Origin: Octopus sinensis | Taxonomy: Eukaryota | Length of the DNA: 64,000 bases | NCBI RefSeq assembly: GCF_006345805.1 | Contig: NC_043016.1 | Location: 32,798,001-32,862,000, forward strand | Direction: 5' to 3' | Part shown: one piece after another, positions 1 through 12,509 of the stretch | How the letters are laid out: every line of letters starts with the position of its first letter | Position numbering within the stretch: the first letter of the stretch is position 1 | Translations under genes and position numbers: made by a program | Notes under the pieces: model-generated | Databases searched by the model: none | What the model was told of the DNA's origin: nothing | What the model saw: only the letters and a program-made list of their open reading frames with translations

Positions 1-96
1 GCGCCCTTTCTCGGTCTACGTTTGATCCAGGTCTGCAGCTCCGTCAAAGAGACGAGCTGCGGAAAATCGCGTCTGACAAAAGACGACCACACCTGT

Positions 97-2275
97 TCAC
101 CGTCTAGGAAGCGCTTGAGATGCCGCAGCATCTGTCACCGCTTCGTACTGGTTTAGCGTCTCGCCAATCAGGCCAATGTGCCTGTGGCTCGACACCACCA
201 CGGTGACGTCGTCGGCATAAGCAGACACGCTGTTTCCGCCTCCTAGATCGCGCGGGATGCCCCTCAAAGCCTCCAACTTGTGCAGTAATGGCTCGAGAGT
301 CAAAATGTACAAGAGGGAGGAGAGAGGGCATCCTTGGCGGACCGAACGCGAGATGTCGAACGGTTCCGAAAGGTGACCGTTCACCCGTATCACCGAGCAG
401 ATGTTGCTGTATAAAGCAGCGATCCACCCGCGGAAGACTGGACCGAAACCGGCTGCCTTGAAGACAGCTGCCAGGTACCGATGGTCGACCCTATCGAAGG
501 CTTTACTCTGATCCAAGTTGATCAAAGCCCCACCCGCGCCAGCGTCGTTACCCACCCTCTCTATGATGTAGCGCATGAGATGGAGGTGGTCGTGTATCGA
601 CCTGGTCGGCACGGCGCATGTCTGCGTCCCGCCGACCAGCTTGTCCACGACAAGCGCCAATCTCTTGGCTAGCACCTTGGCCAAAATCTTCAACTCTGCA
701 TTGAGCAGAGTGATGGGCCGGAAATTCCCTATAACGTCCCCCTTGTTTGGGTCCTTCTTTAGCAAAGCCACCACCCCTCGACAGACAAAAGCAGGAATTC
801 TCCCGTTTTGCTGCCAGTTGCAGTAGACGTTTGCCAACAGGTCCGCAAACAAGTCTGGCATTGAAAAGTAAAGCTCGTAGGGCAGACCATCCAAACCCGG
901 CGATCTACCTCTCGTGCAACTCTTCATCGCTTCCTGTACTTCCCAGGCAGATATCGGTCCTTCGCAGCACTCTGCCTCGCTGTCCGAGAGTTGCGGCAGT
1001 CCGTCCAGGTACACACCGAAGTCTGTACCGTTGGTGTCCGTTCCACCGCTCATCCCAAACAGTTGAGCAAAGTGCCGCTGAAGCAACCGTACACATCTGC
1101 TTCGGTTGGGTAACCTCGCGCCCGTTCTGGTCCACCAAAGACCGAATGGTTGCTCTGTTGCCTCGCTTCGCCTCCGCCACGCGGGCCCATCGAGCGGCTC
1201 TAGTCCCCTCCCCGCTTAGCGAACGTGCCTTAGCTCTGACAACGCAGCCTTCGTGTTTGGCGTCGAAGTGTTGGTCGAGGGCCAACCTTGCCGCCAACAC
1301 GTCGGTCGCGATGCCAGTGTCAAGAGCCTCGTCTAGTTTCTTAACTAAATCCCGCTCTTTCTTCCTACGTTCAATAGTTAGAGTCTTACTATACCTAATC
1401 GACTCTACTCTAATTGCTCTCTTGAGGGCAAACCACCAGTTGTTGTTGATGATTGCCCCCGTGAGCGCCCGCTTAACTAGTAAACTAATCCGGTCTCTGT
1501 AAGCTTTGCACGCCGTTAACGACGCGTTCAGCTTCCAGTAGCCGGGTCCCTGTCTATGTAGCCTATCTAAGTCGACCGTACAGATCACTAATTTGTGGTC
1601 CGTATATTCGACTAGGTGGAATTGTGGACACCCTACGCTGTCCTTATCCGCTGGCTTACAAAACACTCTAACTACGATCTAGACGACCCGATGCGGTTTG
1701 TCCAAGTCCACATTGGCACATTCGGGTTGTCTAGTCGAAACCTGTCGGACAGCTGAAAGCGGCCGAGTAGGTTGGCGAGGCTCTTGCCACCCTCCCCCTC
1801 TCCTATCAGACGCTCCCCTGCCCACCCGATCGAAACGTTCGTCTAAGACAGCGTTCCAATCCCCAACTAGTACTAGAGTGCGTGACGTTCCCAGGAAAAC
1901 TTCCAGACGTTTGAAATAATCCGACTGCCCTGCTCCTGTCGGAGCGTAGGCAGCCAGCAGTCTGAAAGCAGCACCGCGTCACTACCGTCCACGTCGAGGA
2001 CCACCAACTTACCTTCCGGATCCAAGAAGACTGTCCTTATTTTCAGGTCCAGGCCCTTCCGAAACAACACCGCAGTACCACCACCGGCCGACACGGAGAT
2101 AGAATATCTCGTATCCGCCGAAAAGGGCTGCGAGTTCCTGCGGGTCGGAGAGCCTGGTTTCACTGATGGCTGCTACATCCACATCATGAAACCTCAGGTC
2201 GTTTAACAGGTGACCCTGTTTCCAAGGTGACCCGAGGCCTCTCACATTCAAGCAACCGATTCTAAGATTTGCCAT
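97..2275 (-). pseudogene. Tx1-A ORF2 (APE endonuclease + reverse transcriptase), split over several frames
   Basis: ORFs 2009-2275, 1873-2163, 905-1666 and 97-1086 carry successive APE and RT motifs. Confidence 0.85.
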
Positions 2276-2759
2276 GTTTCAAAAGTTAGGGGAAAAAAAA
2301 GGAGAAAAAAGGCTCTACTTACTGTTGTTGGTGGTGGGGGTGGCTCCCTTGTGCTTTTGCACGGGTGCTTCAATAATATTTTTGTAAAGTTTTGAGAGAG
2401 AGAAACTTTCCCTAACGATCCCACATCGTTAGGGAATATTTGTTTTATTTCGTTGTAAACTGTTTTGTTTATTTTTATTGTGAGAATGTGTGCTGGTGGT
2501 GTGTTTGGTGTAGGTATTATGAAATCTGTAATGTTTGTGCTTGTTTTGTTTTTCAAATACTCAACCAGTTCCTGGTTTCTTGTATTCACTGCTGTAATCG
2601 TGTCTGTAATTGTGTCTGTGTTTGTTTGTGTCTGTGGTAGTGGCAGTAGTGGTGTCGAAAGTGTTGTTGTGTTGTTGTTGTTGTGAGTGTGTGTTGTTGT
2701 TGTGTTGTTGTTGTTGTGAGTGTGTGTTGTTGTGATGTTTTTGTTGATGTTGGGAAGTA

Positions 2760-4232
2760 CTATTTGTTCGTGCTTCCCCTGTAAATTTTTGTTTTTTTCT
2801 CCTTTTCTTTTTGGGGTACTATGTTCCATTCTCCTTTGTTGGAATCAGAGCTCGCACAATCCGAGATCTCTTCATCCGGCAAAGGAATGGTTGAGGGGTC
2901 TGCTTCAGTAGCAGGACGAAAAGTTTTTGGTTCCGCCGGTATCGGTGGTGCCGCTGCTCCTGTTACTGTTGATGTCGCTGCTGTCGACCTTCGAGGTACT
3001 GGTGTCGGTGTTGGTTTGGTGGTGGTTGTCGGTGTTGGTTTGGTGGTGGTTGTTGTTGTTGGAGGTGGTGTTGTTCGTCTTGGTGCTGGTGTTGGTGATG
3101 GTGTTGGTGGTGTGGCAGCCTTTGGTATTTCGTGCTGTTTTTGTTGTTTCTGTTGTTGTTGCTTGTGTTGTTGTTGTTGTTGCTGCCTCTTGCTATACTC
3201 CTCCATTCTCTTTTTTTGAATGGGGCAGTCCCTTTTCAGGTGGCTTTCGCTACTGCAGAGGAAACATTTTGGCTTTCGCCCCTCTACAATAACATTTAGC
3301 CTGGTCCCATCCAGTAAGATGACAAAGTCAGGTATGGCATTGATGTTTTCCTGCTGGATCTGTACCAGCAGTTGAATACCCATGCCTGACCAGTTCTTTT
3401 CTCGTACCCTCCGAACATTCAGAATAGTGGCAGTGTCCTCTATGCCATAGAGGACAGCCGCCACTAGCCATGAGATTTTCTGTTCGGGGGGTATTGTGCT
3501 TATAGTTATTTTTTGTACCTTACGCCCGAGGTACGTCGGGACGAGGAACAAATGTTCATTTTGCAAGGGCGAAATGGCGTTCGCCCTTGCAAGCTCCTCT
3601 GTTGGGAAGCGAACCTCCACGGTTCCAAATCGCTTCCCTCTTGTCACATAGCTCTTCTGGCCCCAAATGGGCTTCAGAGCCATCTCTAACTGTTGTGGTG
3701 TGGCGTTAAACAATCTTTTAGTTTTCTTTTCGAAAACTTTATAAAAGATTGTTCTTTTGTTTGTTTCTTGTGTGAGTTGTTGAGGTGTGTTGAGGAAAAC
3801 ACTGTTTCCCTCCTTTCTCAACAAATCTTGTGCCATTTTTAATTCCTCCATTGTTATTTCTACCTCTTCCGAAATTTGCTTCGCAGCAGAAGCAAAATCG
3901 TTAGAGACTTTTACATTGTTTTGTTGGTTCTTGTCTGTGTTTGTGTCTGTTATAAGTTTCTTTACCTCCCCCTTCGGTACAGCATCACTTGTTGAAGGCA
4001 GAGGGGGGAAATCAAGAGTGACGTCGAACGCGACGTCCTGACAAGCATTCTCCCTTCGAACGGTGCGCGTGCTGTCCGTTTCGGAAGGAGGAGCTCTGTT
4101 GCCTTTTACGGCCTGAAATGGGTTGTACGCAACCCGTGACGTTGCCTTTTGTTCTTGTGGAGGGGGTGTTGCAAGAAGGAGGGAAGAGCCAGCAGCTCGT
4201 TTTAAAGCCATTTTGTAAATGTGTGTGTGCAA
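2760..4232 (-). CDS. Tx1-A ORF1 (gag-like nucleic-acid binding protein)
   Basis: 490-aa ORF with CFLCSSESHLKRDC (CX2CX4HX4C) and a Q/T/P-rich tail; probably continues into 2248-2829 via a frameshift. Confidence 0.8.
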   Translation of the reverse strand: MHTHIYKMALKRAAGSSLLLATPPPQEQKATSRVAYNPFQAVKGNRAPPSETDSTRTVRRENACQDVAFDVTLDFPPLPSTSDAVPKGEVKKLITDTNTDKNQQNNVKVSNDFASAAKQISEEVEITMEELKMAQDLLRKEGNSVFLNTPQQLTQETNKRTIFYKVFEKKTKRLFNATPQQLEMALKPIWGQKSYVTRGKRFGTVEVRFPTEELARANAISPLQNEHLFLVPTYLGRKVQKITISTIPPEQKISWLVAAVLYGIEDTATILNVRRVREKNWSGMGIQLLVQIQQENINAIPDFVILLDGTRLNVIVEGRKPKCFLCSSESHLKRDCPIQKKRMEEYSKRQQQQQQHKQQQQKQQKQHEIPKAATPPTPSPTPAPRRTTPPPTTTTTTKPTPTTTTKPTPTPVPRRSTAATSTVTGAAAPPIPAEPKTFRPATEADPSTIPLPDEEISDCASSDSNKGEWNIVPQKEKEKKTKIYRGSTNK

Positions 4233-4251
4233 AAAAATGTCAATTTCAATG

Positions 4252-7162
4252 GATACAGTTAAGTTAGCACCAAGTCCATCCTTTCAAGATCGAAATAACT
4301 ATGAGTTTAGAAATGCTGATCACTAGGTAAAGAAAATTTAGATTAATTCGATTGGCTATTGGTTTGAAATTTAAATCACAAAAGAAAATTATACGGTTGG
4401 TTAGTCACGGAACGCCAATATTCACACACGCATCTACAGATCAATCGCACATACACACATAGTTATATGTATATATATAATATATAATATATGTATATAC
4501 ATACACTTATACACATATATAATCACAAGCAACAACTAGCACATAGATAAACAAAAAGGGAAGCAGCTATGCTACCATTTAGTCCTTCAAAATTATAACT
4601 GTGCCTCAAATAACGAAAAAAGAACCACCCATGCATTTCATAAAATATTTAATTTAGATATAAAATATTTTTAAATATCAATATGTTACTAAGTCAGAAA
4701 ATTATTTCATGGGTAACTTAAAATTTATAACACCGGTTTGTTGCATAGTAAACATACGGTTGTTAGATTTATCGTAAGTTTGTTATGATTCCAAGTACGC
4801 TAAATTATAAAATATAAAATATATATTAATTTATATATTATAAATAAATCACTTATTTACTTAATAAATTTAATGCCATAATATACCAGTTTAGGCATTA
4901 AAAAATAGAAGGGAAGTACTAATGTAAACGCTTATGAGAACATCACAGAAATTTTTAAAAATTTATATTATAAATACTTAAGGTAAAATGTGAAAAGATA
5001 AATAAGAAGGATAAAAACTAAGGAATAAATACGGTTATACACATATTATAAGTACAAACCAGTATATATGTATTCATATATTATAAATTAATAAAAATAA
5101 ATGATAGATATGTATGTATAAAACTACCCTAGTATAAGTAAATAAGTAAAAAAAAATAAATAAACAAATTAGATGACTTGATATGTATGTAAACATCTAC
5201 ACTTAAATAGGCAAATAAATAAATAATTAGAAGACTAAATGCAGAGATTGATAACATTACAATAAATAAAATAAAAATAAAAAAATAAAAAGTGAATATA
5301 TATGTTATATTGTTGAAAGTAAATATGTATGGAAGGATAATTTAAAGTACAGATCCAGAGGACTATAGATATAAACTAAATATATAAGGCTGGTAATATT
5401 TATAAAGCAAATGTATGTAAATGAGAAAATGAAAAAAATGAAAAAAATGAAAAGGTTTATTAGTGAGTAGCATAAGATACAAATTAAGGTGAGTACAAAG
5501 AGACCAAATATACAATAAAAACCTTCCAAATAAACACATACAAAAAACCTATATTCTCTACCTAAACACACCAAACTTATAAAAGGCTCTCATATATTAC
5601 ATATTATACAATATCCTTACATTATCTAGAGCTAGGTATCTAACCAAGATATACATATATACTATGCAATATACTATGCAATATTAGGATTTTTGATTTT
5701 TGATTTTTGAAGTTTTCTAATATTGCATAGTATATTGCATAGTATATATGTATATCTTGGTTAGATACCTAGCTCTAGATAATGTAAGGATATTGTATAA
5801 TATGTAATATATGAGAGCCTTTTATAAGTTTGGTGTGTTTAGGTAGAGAATATAGGTTTTTTGTATGTGTTTATTTGGAAGGTTTTTATTGTATATTTGG
5901 TCTTTCTTTGTACTCACCTTAATTTGTATCTTATGCTACTCACTAATAAACCTTTTTCATTTTTTTCATTTTTTTCATTTTCTCATTTACATACATTTGG
6001 CTTTATAAATATTACCAGCCTTATATATTTAGTTTATATCTATAGTCCTCTGGATCTGTACTTTAAATTATCCTTCCATACATATTTACTTTCAACAATA
6101 TAACATATATATTCACTTTATTTATTTTTTATTTTTATTTTATTTTATTGTAATGTTATCAATCTCTGCATTTAGTCTTCTAATTATTTATTTATTTGCC
6201 TATTTAAGTGTAGATGTTTACATACATATCAAGTCATCTAATTTGTTATCTATTTATTTTTTACTTATTTACTTATACTAGGGTAGTTTATACATACATA
6301 TCTATCATTTATTTTTATTTAATTTAATAATATATGAATACATATATACTGGTTTGTACTTATAATATGTGATATACCGTATTTATTCCTTAGTTTTTAT
6401 TCCTTCTTATTTATCTTTTCACATTTTACCTTAAGTATTTATAATATAAATTTTTAAAAATTTCTGTGATGTTCTCATAAGCGTTTACATTAGTACTTCC
6501 CCTTCTATTTTTTAATGCCTAAACTGGTATATTATGGCATTAAATTTATTAAGTAAATAAGTGATTTATTTATAATATATAAATTAATATATATTTTATA
6601 TTTTATAATTTAGCGTACTTGGAATCATAACAAACTTACGATAAATCTAACAACCGTATGTTTACTATGCAACAAACCGGTGTTATAAATTTTAAGTTAC
6701 CCATGAAATAATTTTCTGACTTAGTAACATATTGATATTTAAAAATATATTTATATCTAAATTAAATATTTTATGAAATGCATGGGTGGTTCTTTTTTCG
6801 TTATTTGAGGCACAGTTATAATTTTGAAGGACTAAATGGTAGCATAGTTGCTTCCCTTTTTGTTTATCTATGTGCTAGTTGTTGCTTGTGATTATGTATG
6901 TGTATAAGTGTATGTATATACATATATATATATATATATATATACATATAACTATGTGTGTATGTGCGATTGATCTGTAGATGCGTGTGTGAATATTGGC
7001 GTTCCGTGACTAACCAACCGTATAATTTTCTTTTGTGATTTAAATTTCAAACCAATAGCCAATCGAATTAATCTAAATTTTCTTTACCTAGTGATCAGCA
7101 TTTCTAAACTCATAGTTATTTCGATCTTGAAAGGATGGACTTGGTGCTAACTTAACTGTATC
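4252..7162. repeat. 2.9-kb AT-rich near-perfect palindrome (arms 4252-5687 and 5717-7162, 29-nt spacer)
   Basis: GATACAGTTAAGTTAGCAC at 4252 is the reverse complement of the sequence ending at 7162; CTATGCAATATTAG / CTAATATTGCATAG flank the spacer GATTTTTGATTTTTGATTTTTGAAGTTTT. Confidence 0.95.
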
Positions 7163-7399
7163 TATTTATTATTATTATATTTTTTTTATTATTATTATTA
7201 TTAATATTAATAGTAATTTTTATTAACTTTCATAGCTTTAGAATTTTATGAACTGAACCATGGTTTTAATTATTATTTTTCATCTCCCTATGTGTTAGTT
7301 TTTTTTAAAAAAACTATTAGCCAAATATGTATAATATCGGTACTTATTAATATTAGTATATACACTGATATATATTTTGTTTTATTTTGTTCTGTTTAC

Positions 7400-8030
7400 C
7401 TTCCTTTATTGTACCAATAAGTATTATATTATATAAGTGTAGCATTATGATGTATAAAGTTTTTATATTTTTATATTTTACATTTTATATTTTTATATTT
7501 ATATGTATATGGTTATATATATTTTTCACAAATAACAAAATTTAATTAATTCTCTGAAGAGGCCGTGGGGCATCCCTGTTAATGCCTCATTTATACCTTG
7601 CCTTATGGCTTAGAGGTTAAATGAGGTATGATTGCCCTCACTGCCGAAACAGCTGTCAGTTTTGATTTAATTGCATATTATATTTGAAAATTTTTTACTT
7701 ATATCTCTTTATCTTTTTACTATTACTGTATATCTCATTTTATATAATCCCTTTACTCATATGTAATGGTGTATTAAAGTATTGATTGGGTATCATCGGA
7801 TAGTTGATGTTTTATTGATTTAAGTATGTTTCTCCATTCTCTAATTTTGTAGTATTAATTTACGGTAATATTATTACCTTTACCCATATATAATACAATA
7901 GATGAACTGATTGTTTGACAATTTTTAACATCTATGTATTAATCTTGTTGGGTACCTATCTGGCAGTATATTGGATATATATTATCCCATGGTGGGTTGA
8001 ATTTTCAACCCCTATCTCATTTTTAACCTA
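7400..8030 (+). mobile_element. Putative Penelope-like element non-coding terminal region (pLTR-like) carrying a hammerhead
   Basis: Contains an HHR; the 3' part (GGGTACC...ATCCCATGGTGGGTTG...CAACCCCTATCTCA) recurs at 48590-48665; the PLE assignment is inferred from the HHR type. Confidence 0.55.
7544..7667 (+). ncRNA. Type I hammerhead ribozyme motif with long stem II
   Basis: CTGAAGA 7554-7560; stem II GGC/GCC extended by GTGGGGC/GCCCTCAC and CCTCATTTA/TAAATGAGG; GAAAC 7646-7650, palindromic loop AGCT, GTC 7655-7657; stem I is interrupted. Confidence 0.75.
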
Positions 8031-8060
8031 TATATATATATATATATATAATATATATAA

Positions 8061-8098
<38 letters not shown>

Positions 8099-8100
8099 AT

Positions 8101-8735
8101 TTAAAAATTTATAAGTATAAATTATTAATTAAATATTTTAAAAAATTTTAACTTTAATTTAAATATTTTATATTTTGAATTTTATATTTCATATATTTTT
8201 TATTAATTAATTTTATTTCTATGTATTGGTTTATGATTTTCACTGTTTGATTTGCCTAATAGTGGTTTTATCTCTAATTTAATATAATATATATATTTAT
8301 ACTATAAAATTAGATTTAATCCGAAATCTAATTTTTCCTGTAAGTTTGGATTACTCCCTAATATATTATTATATAAATCCTTAAATCCTTAAAAATGTTA
8401 AGCGCGAAGGCCCGGCTATGCTGGGGCACCACCGCTGAATGAGCTACACTAATATGTGAATCCACCTCTGATACGGGGCACTTGATCAACAAGGGAGTTC
8501 GATGCTGCTGCATATATTTTTAAAAAATTATAAGTATAAAGTGAGAGAGAAAGGAGAGAGAAACAAAGAGGGACAAAGGAAGCAACAGAAAGTAACAACC
8601 AACCCTTTGCAACCTGTAGAGCGGTCACCTTAACCTTGTATATATATATATATATATATATATATTTAATGTTTTAGTTAATCACAAAACCTCGCTAAGG
8701 TAAGAATATATTTACATTTAAGATATATATATATA

Positions 8736-8785
<50 letters not shown>

Positions 8786-9201
8786 AAAATTTATAAGTAT
8801 AAATTATTAATTTAAATATTTTAAAAAATTTTAACTTTAATTTAAATATTTTATATTTTGAATTTTATATTTCATATATTTTTTATTAATTAATTTTATT
8901 TCTATGTATTGGTTTATGATTTTCACTGTTTGATTTGCCTAATAGTGGTTTTATCTCTAATTTAATATAATATATATATATTTATACTATAAAATTAGAT
9001 TTAATCCGAAATCTAATTTTTCCCTGTAAGTTTGGATTTACTCCCTAATATTATTATTATATAAATCCTTAAATCCTTAAAAATGTTAAGCCCGAAGGCC
9101 GCGGCTATGCTGGGGCACCACCGCTGAATGAGCTACACTAATATGTGAATCCACCTCTGATACGGGGCACTTGATCAACAAGGGAGTTCGATGCTGCTGC
9201 C
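8101..9201 (+). repeat. Direct duplication of about 410 nt (8101-8511 and about 8783-9201)
   Basis: Same AT-rich block plus LINE-tail piece occurs twice; the copies differ mainly by 1-nt indels. Confidence 0.85.
8540..8640 (+). mobile_element. Degenerate Helitron family-1 3' end lacking the RTE insert
   Basis: GAGAAACAAAGAGGGA-C-AAAGGAAGCAACAGAAAGTAACAACC...TGTAGAGCGGTCACCTT matches the Helitron ends at about 20800-21091 and 22840-23237. Confidence 0.55.
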
Positions 9202-9380
9202 TGCATCTGCGTCTCCTGTCGTGAGGTAGGTTCATCTGGGACTCCCGACAAGAAGAGATCCAGTTTAGTTTTAAAGAAACCCACATCCACACCATGCAAG
9301 TCTCTCAGGCATTTAGGGAGGATGTTAAAGAGCTGTGGTCCGCTGAAACCCAAGCTGTTGCAGTATCTGGTCCTGTATTT
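9086..9380 (-). mobile_element. CR1/Proto2-like LINE 3' fragment
   Basis: GPQLFNILPKCLRDLHGVDVGFFKTKLDLFLSGVPDEP matches the C-terminus of ORF 17298-19424; tail motif GGTGGTGCCCCAGCATAGCC. Confidence 0.8.
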
Positions 9381-9856
9381 TGATATATATATATTTATAT
9401 TCCTGTATGTTATATTTTAATAATTACTGGTATCTTTATATATTATATATGTAAAGCATAATGTGTTATACATGTATGTATATTCTTGTAATTGTCATTT
9501 TGGTAAATAAATAAATAAGTTGACATAATATAATGTCTAAAAGTTGATGAACCACCTATTGATCCCCTCCATTTTCTTATTGCGCTCTCTCTCTCTCTCT
9601 TTCTATATATATATATTTACAGATACAGATATACATATACATACACGCGCTCACACCTACATATACCTCCCTACACACACACACGCTTATGCACGCATTT
9701 ATATGTGCAACACCTACACACAGTCACATATATTAATATATATATATAATATATATAAATATATAAATATATAAATATATATAATATATATATATATATT
9801 ATATATATATATATATATAAATATATATATATATAAATATATAAATATATATATAT

Positions 9857-9887
<31 letters not shown>

Positions 9888-10892
9888 CATCATCATCGTT
9901 TAACGTCCGCTTTCCATGCTAGCATGGGTTGGACGGTTCAACTGGGGTCTGGCAAGCCCGAAGGCTGCACCAGGTCAGTCAGATCTGGCAGTGTTTCTAC
10001 GGCTGGATGCTCTTCCTAACGCCATCCACTCCGTGAGTGTAGTGGGTGCTTTTTACGTGCCACCCGCACAGGTGCCAGACGGGGCTGGCAAACGGCCACG
10101 GACGGATGGTGCTTTTTACGTGCCACCGGCACGGGGCCAGGCGAGGCTGGCAACGACCACGATCGGATGGTGCTTTTTACGTGCTACCGGCACGGGGGCC
10201 AGGCGAGGCTGGCAACGTCCACGAATGGATGGTGCTTTTTACGTACCAGTCGGGGAGGCGCTGGCAACGGCCACGATCGGATGGTTCGCTTACTTGTCAC
10301 AGGCACTGGTATCACAGCTGCAATTTCCATTGATGTTGATCGACTTCGATTTTGGTTCTGCTTTCTGATATCTGATTTGATTTGATTTGATTTTGATTTT
10401 GATTTTCACTTGCTTCAACGGGTCTTCACAAGTAGAGTTTTGTGTCCCAAGAAGGAAAGGTATGTATAAGTCGACTGGCGACATACCAGGTAGTGGCCAC
10501 GGGTTATGGTCTCACCAGTCTTACCGGGTCTTCTCACGCACAGCATACTTCCATAGGTCTCGGTCTCTAGTCATTTCCTTGGTGAGACCTAAAGTTCGAA
10601 GGTCGTGCTTCACCACCTCGTCCCAGGTTTTCCTGGGGCTACCTCTTCCACAGTTTCCCTCAACCGCTAGGGTGTGGCACTTTTTCACACAACTATCTTC
10701 AGCCATTCTCGTCATATGACCATGCCAGTGCAAATGTCTCTCTTGCACACCAAAACTGATGCTTCTTAGGTCCAACTTTTCTCTCAAGGTACTTACACTC
10801 TGTCGAGTATGAACATTGACATTACACATCCATCGGAGCATACTGACTTCATTTCTTGCGAGCTCACGCATATCCTCAGCAGTCACAGCCCA
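9888..10892 (-). mobile_element. 5'-truncated RTE-clade LINE with repeat-rich 3' UTR and (GAT)n tail
   Basis: NEVSMLRWMCNV...LHWHGHMTRM...GRGSPRKTWDEVVKHDL is a typical RTE C-terminus; ends AAACGATGATGATG. Confidence 0.85.
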
Positions 10893-10903
10893 TATATTTA
10901 TAT

Positions 10904-11293
10904 ATGGCTGTGTGGTAAGTAGCTTGCTAACCAACCACATGGTTCCGGGTTCAGTCCCACTGCGTGGCATCTTGGGCAAGTGTCTTCTGCTATAGCCCCG
11001 GGCCGACCAATGCCTTGTGAGTGGATTTGGTAGACGGAAACTGAAAGAAGCCTGTCGTATATAAGTATGTATGTGTGTGTGTGTTTGTGTGTCTGTGTTT
11101 GTCCCCCTAGCATTGCTTGACAACCGATGCTGGTGTGTTTATGTCTCCGTCACTTAGCGGTTCAGCAAAAGAGGCCGATAGAATAAGTACTGGGCTTACA
11201 AAGAATAAGTCCCGGGGTCGATTTGCTCAACTAAAGGCGGTGCTCCAGCATGGCCGCAGTCAAATGACTGAAACAAGTAAAAGAGTAAAAGAG
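10904..11293 (+). mobile_element. tRNA-derived SINE (family 1)
   Basis: tRNA-like head (TGGCTGTGTGGTAAG...GGTTCAGTCCC), body, tail GGCGGTGCTCCAGCATGGCC...AAGTAAAAGAG; recurs at 56058, 59673, 53358 and 62885. Confidence 0.85.
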
Positions 11294-11381
<88 letters not shown>

Positions 11382-12509
11382 TATATATATATATTATAAT
11401 ACATATATATATATATAATATATATATATATAATATATATATATGACTAAACGCACGCACCCTATTAAGTAAGATTGTTCTGTTTATCAAGTTAGCCTTG
11501 ATATTAACTCTCACGCGACTCTGCATCTTTCTTTCTTCTCTCCCATTCCCTTTTTCGTCTTTTTTTCCCTCACTTAACTTGCCTCTCCCCTCTCTCTCAT
11601 TCTTCATTCTCTCTCTCCCTTTCACCATTCTTCATGGTCTCCTCGCACCATTCCCCTTCTTCTCTCTCTTCCTCCTGCTCCTCCTCCCCCATTCCCGTTG
11701 TCCATCTGCGACGATACTTCCGTCGTAACTGCTATCCTGTCTTTTCTCGCTCGCCTTGTAAGGCTACTGGTCGACTACATTTGCTCTCTCTCGTCGTCCA
11801 CGATAATCCAGCGTTTGCAATACTTTTTTCGTCTGGCGTTAACAGCCCTTCTTATCTTGTTCTCCTTGTCCTGTCTCTCACTGTTATATTTATTTTTCCA
11901 CTGTTATATATATATATTTTTACTGTTTATATGTTTGTACTGTCGTTACCGTCTTGCTTTTTTTTTTTTTACCCCTCTGCGAAAAGATCTCAGAATTTTA
12001 ATTGATTTGCTTTTCGCGGGAAGGAATTTTCTCGAAGTATACGTCTCGCTTTTATCCTTCGAAACGTTTAGTAGATGAAATCTTAGCGACTGAAGAAGGG
12101 GTTTTTTCGTTGTGCTTATTGTCCTGTATCTCTCTCTTTTTTTGCTTGTCTTGTTCCTTGGTTTGTGTCTATGTGTTTCGTCTCTCTATGTGTTCGACGT
12201 CTTTTTGGTGTCCTGTACACATATATGCGTGTATATGTACATGTAGAGGTAGGTACGTACATATATGTTTATATATATGCATATGTTCTATTTTATTAAC
12301 ATATATATATATATATATTTTAAATTAATAAATAAATAAATAAACACTTCGATAAACTGAGATGTGTTTTCTCTTCGAACGCATCACCGGCGCAACAACA
12401 ACAACCTCAACAACAACAAACTCAGCGGCAACAACAACAACAACAGCTACAGCAACAACCTCAGAGGCAACAACAACAACAGGATGAACCACTCCTTGAT
12501 TCATCTACA

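Larger units (their letters stand above)
1..4251 (-). mobile_element. Tx1-like non-LTR retrotransposon (L1 clade), copy A; 3' part runs off the window start
   Basis: ORF1 with CCHC knuckle followed by APE endonuclease (IGCLNVRGL, AAISETRL) and RT motifs (GLDGLPYELY, FRPITLLN, DQSKAFDRVDH, QGCPLS, AYADD) on the minus strand. Confidence 0.9.

Noticed and set aside
747-1502. Long antisense ORFs over LINE and Gypsy coding regions (e.g. 747-1502, 27496-28212, 36314-37045)
   Set aside because: Shadow frames of real retroelement ORFs, with no recognisable motifs
4252-7162. Mitochondrial insertion (NUMT) or control region
   Set aside because: Very AT-rich, but I could not find any mitochondrial protein, rRNA or tRNA sequence on either strand
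10040-10270. CRISPR-like repeat-spacer pattern (GGTGCTTTTTACGTGCCACC with variable gaps)
   Set aside because: Lies in the 3' UTR of an RTE LINE, the spacers are related to each other, there are no cas genes, and the context is eukaryotic
10904-10975. tRNA genes at SINE heads (also 56350-56425, 59673-59770 and 61908-61980)
   Set aside because: A/B-box-like motifs are present but there is no complete cloverleaf or acceptor stem, and each continues into a SINE body
12020-12110. Possible type II or degenerate hammerhead (CCTTC-GAAAC-GTT ... CTGAAGA-AGGGG)
   Set aside because: Stem I does not pair convincingly, the best stem II pairing sequesters G8/A9, and no upstream core exists for a type I reading
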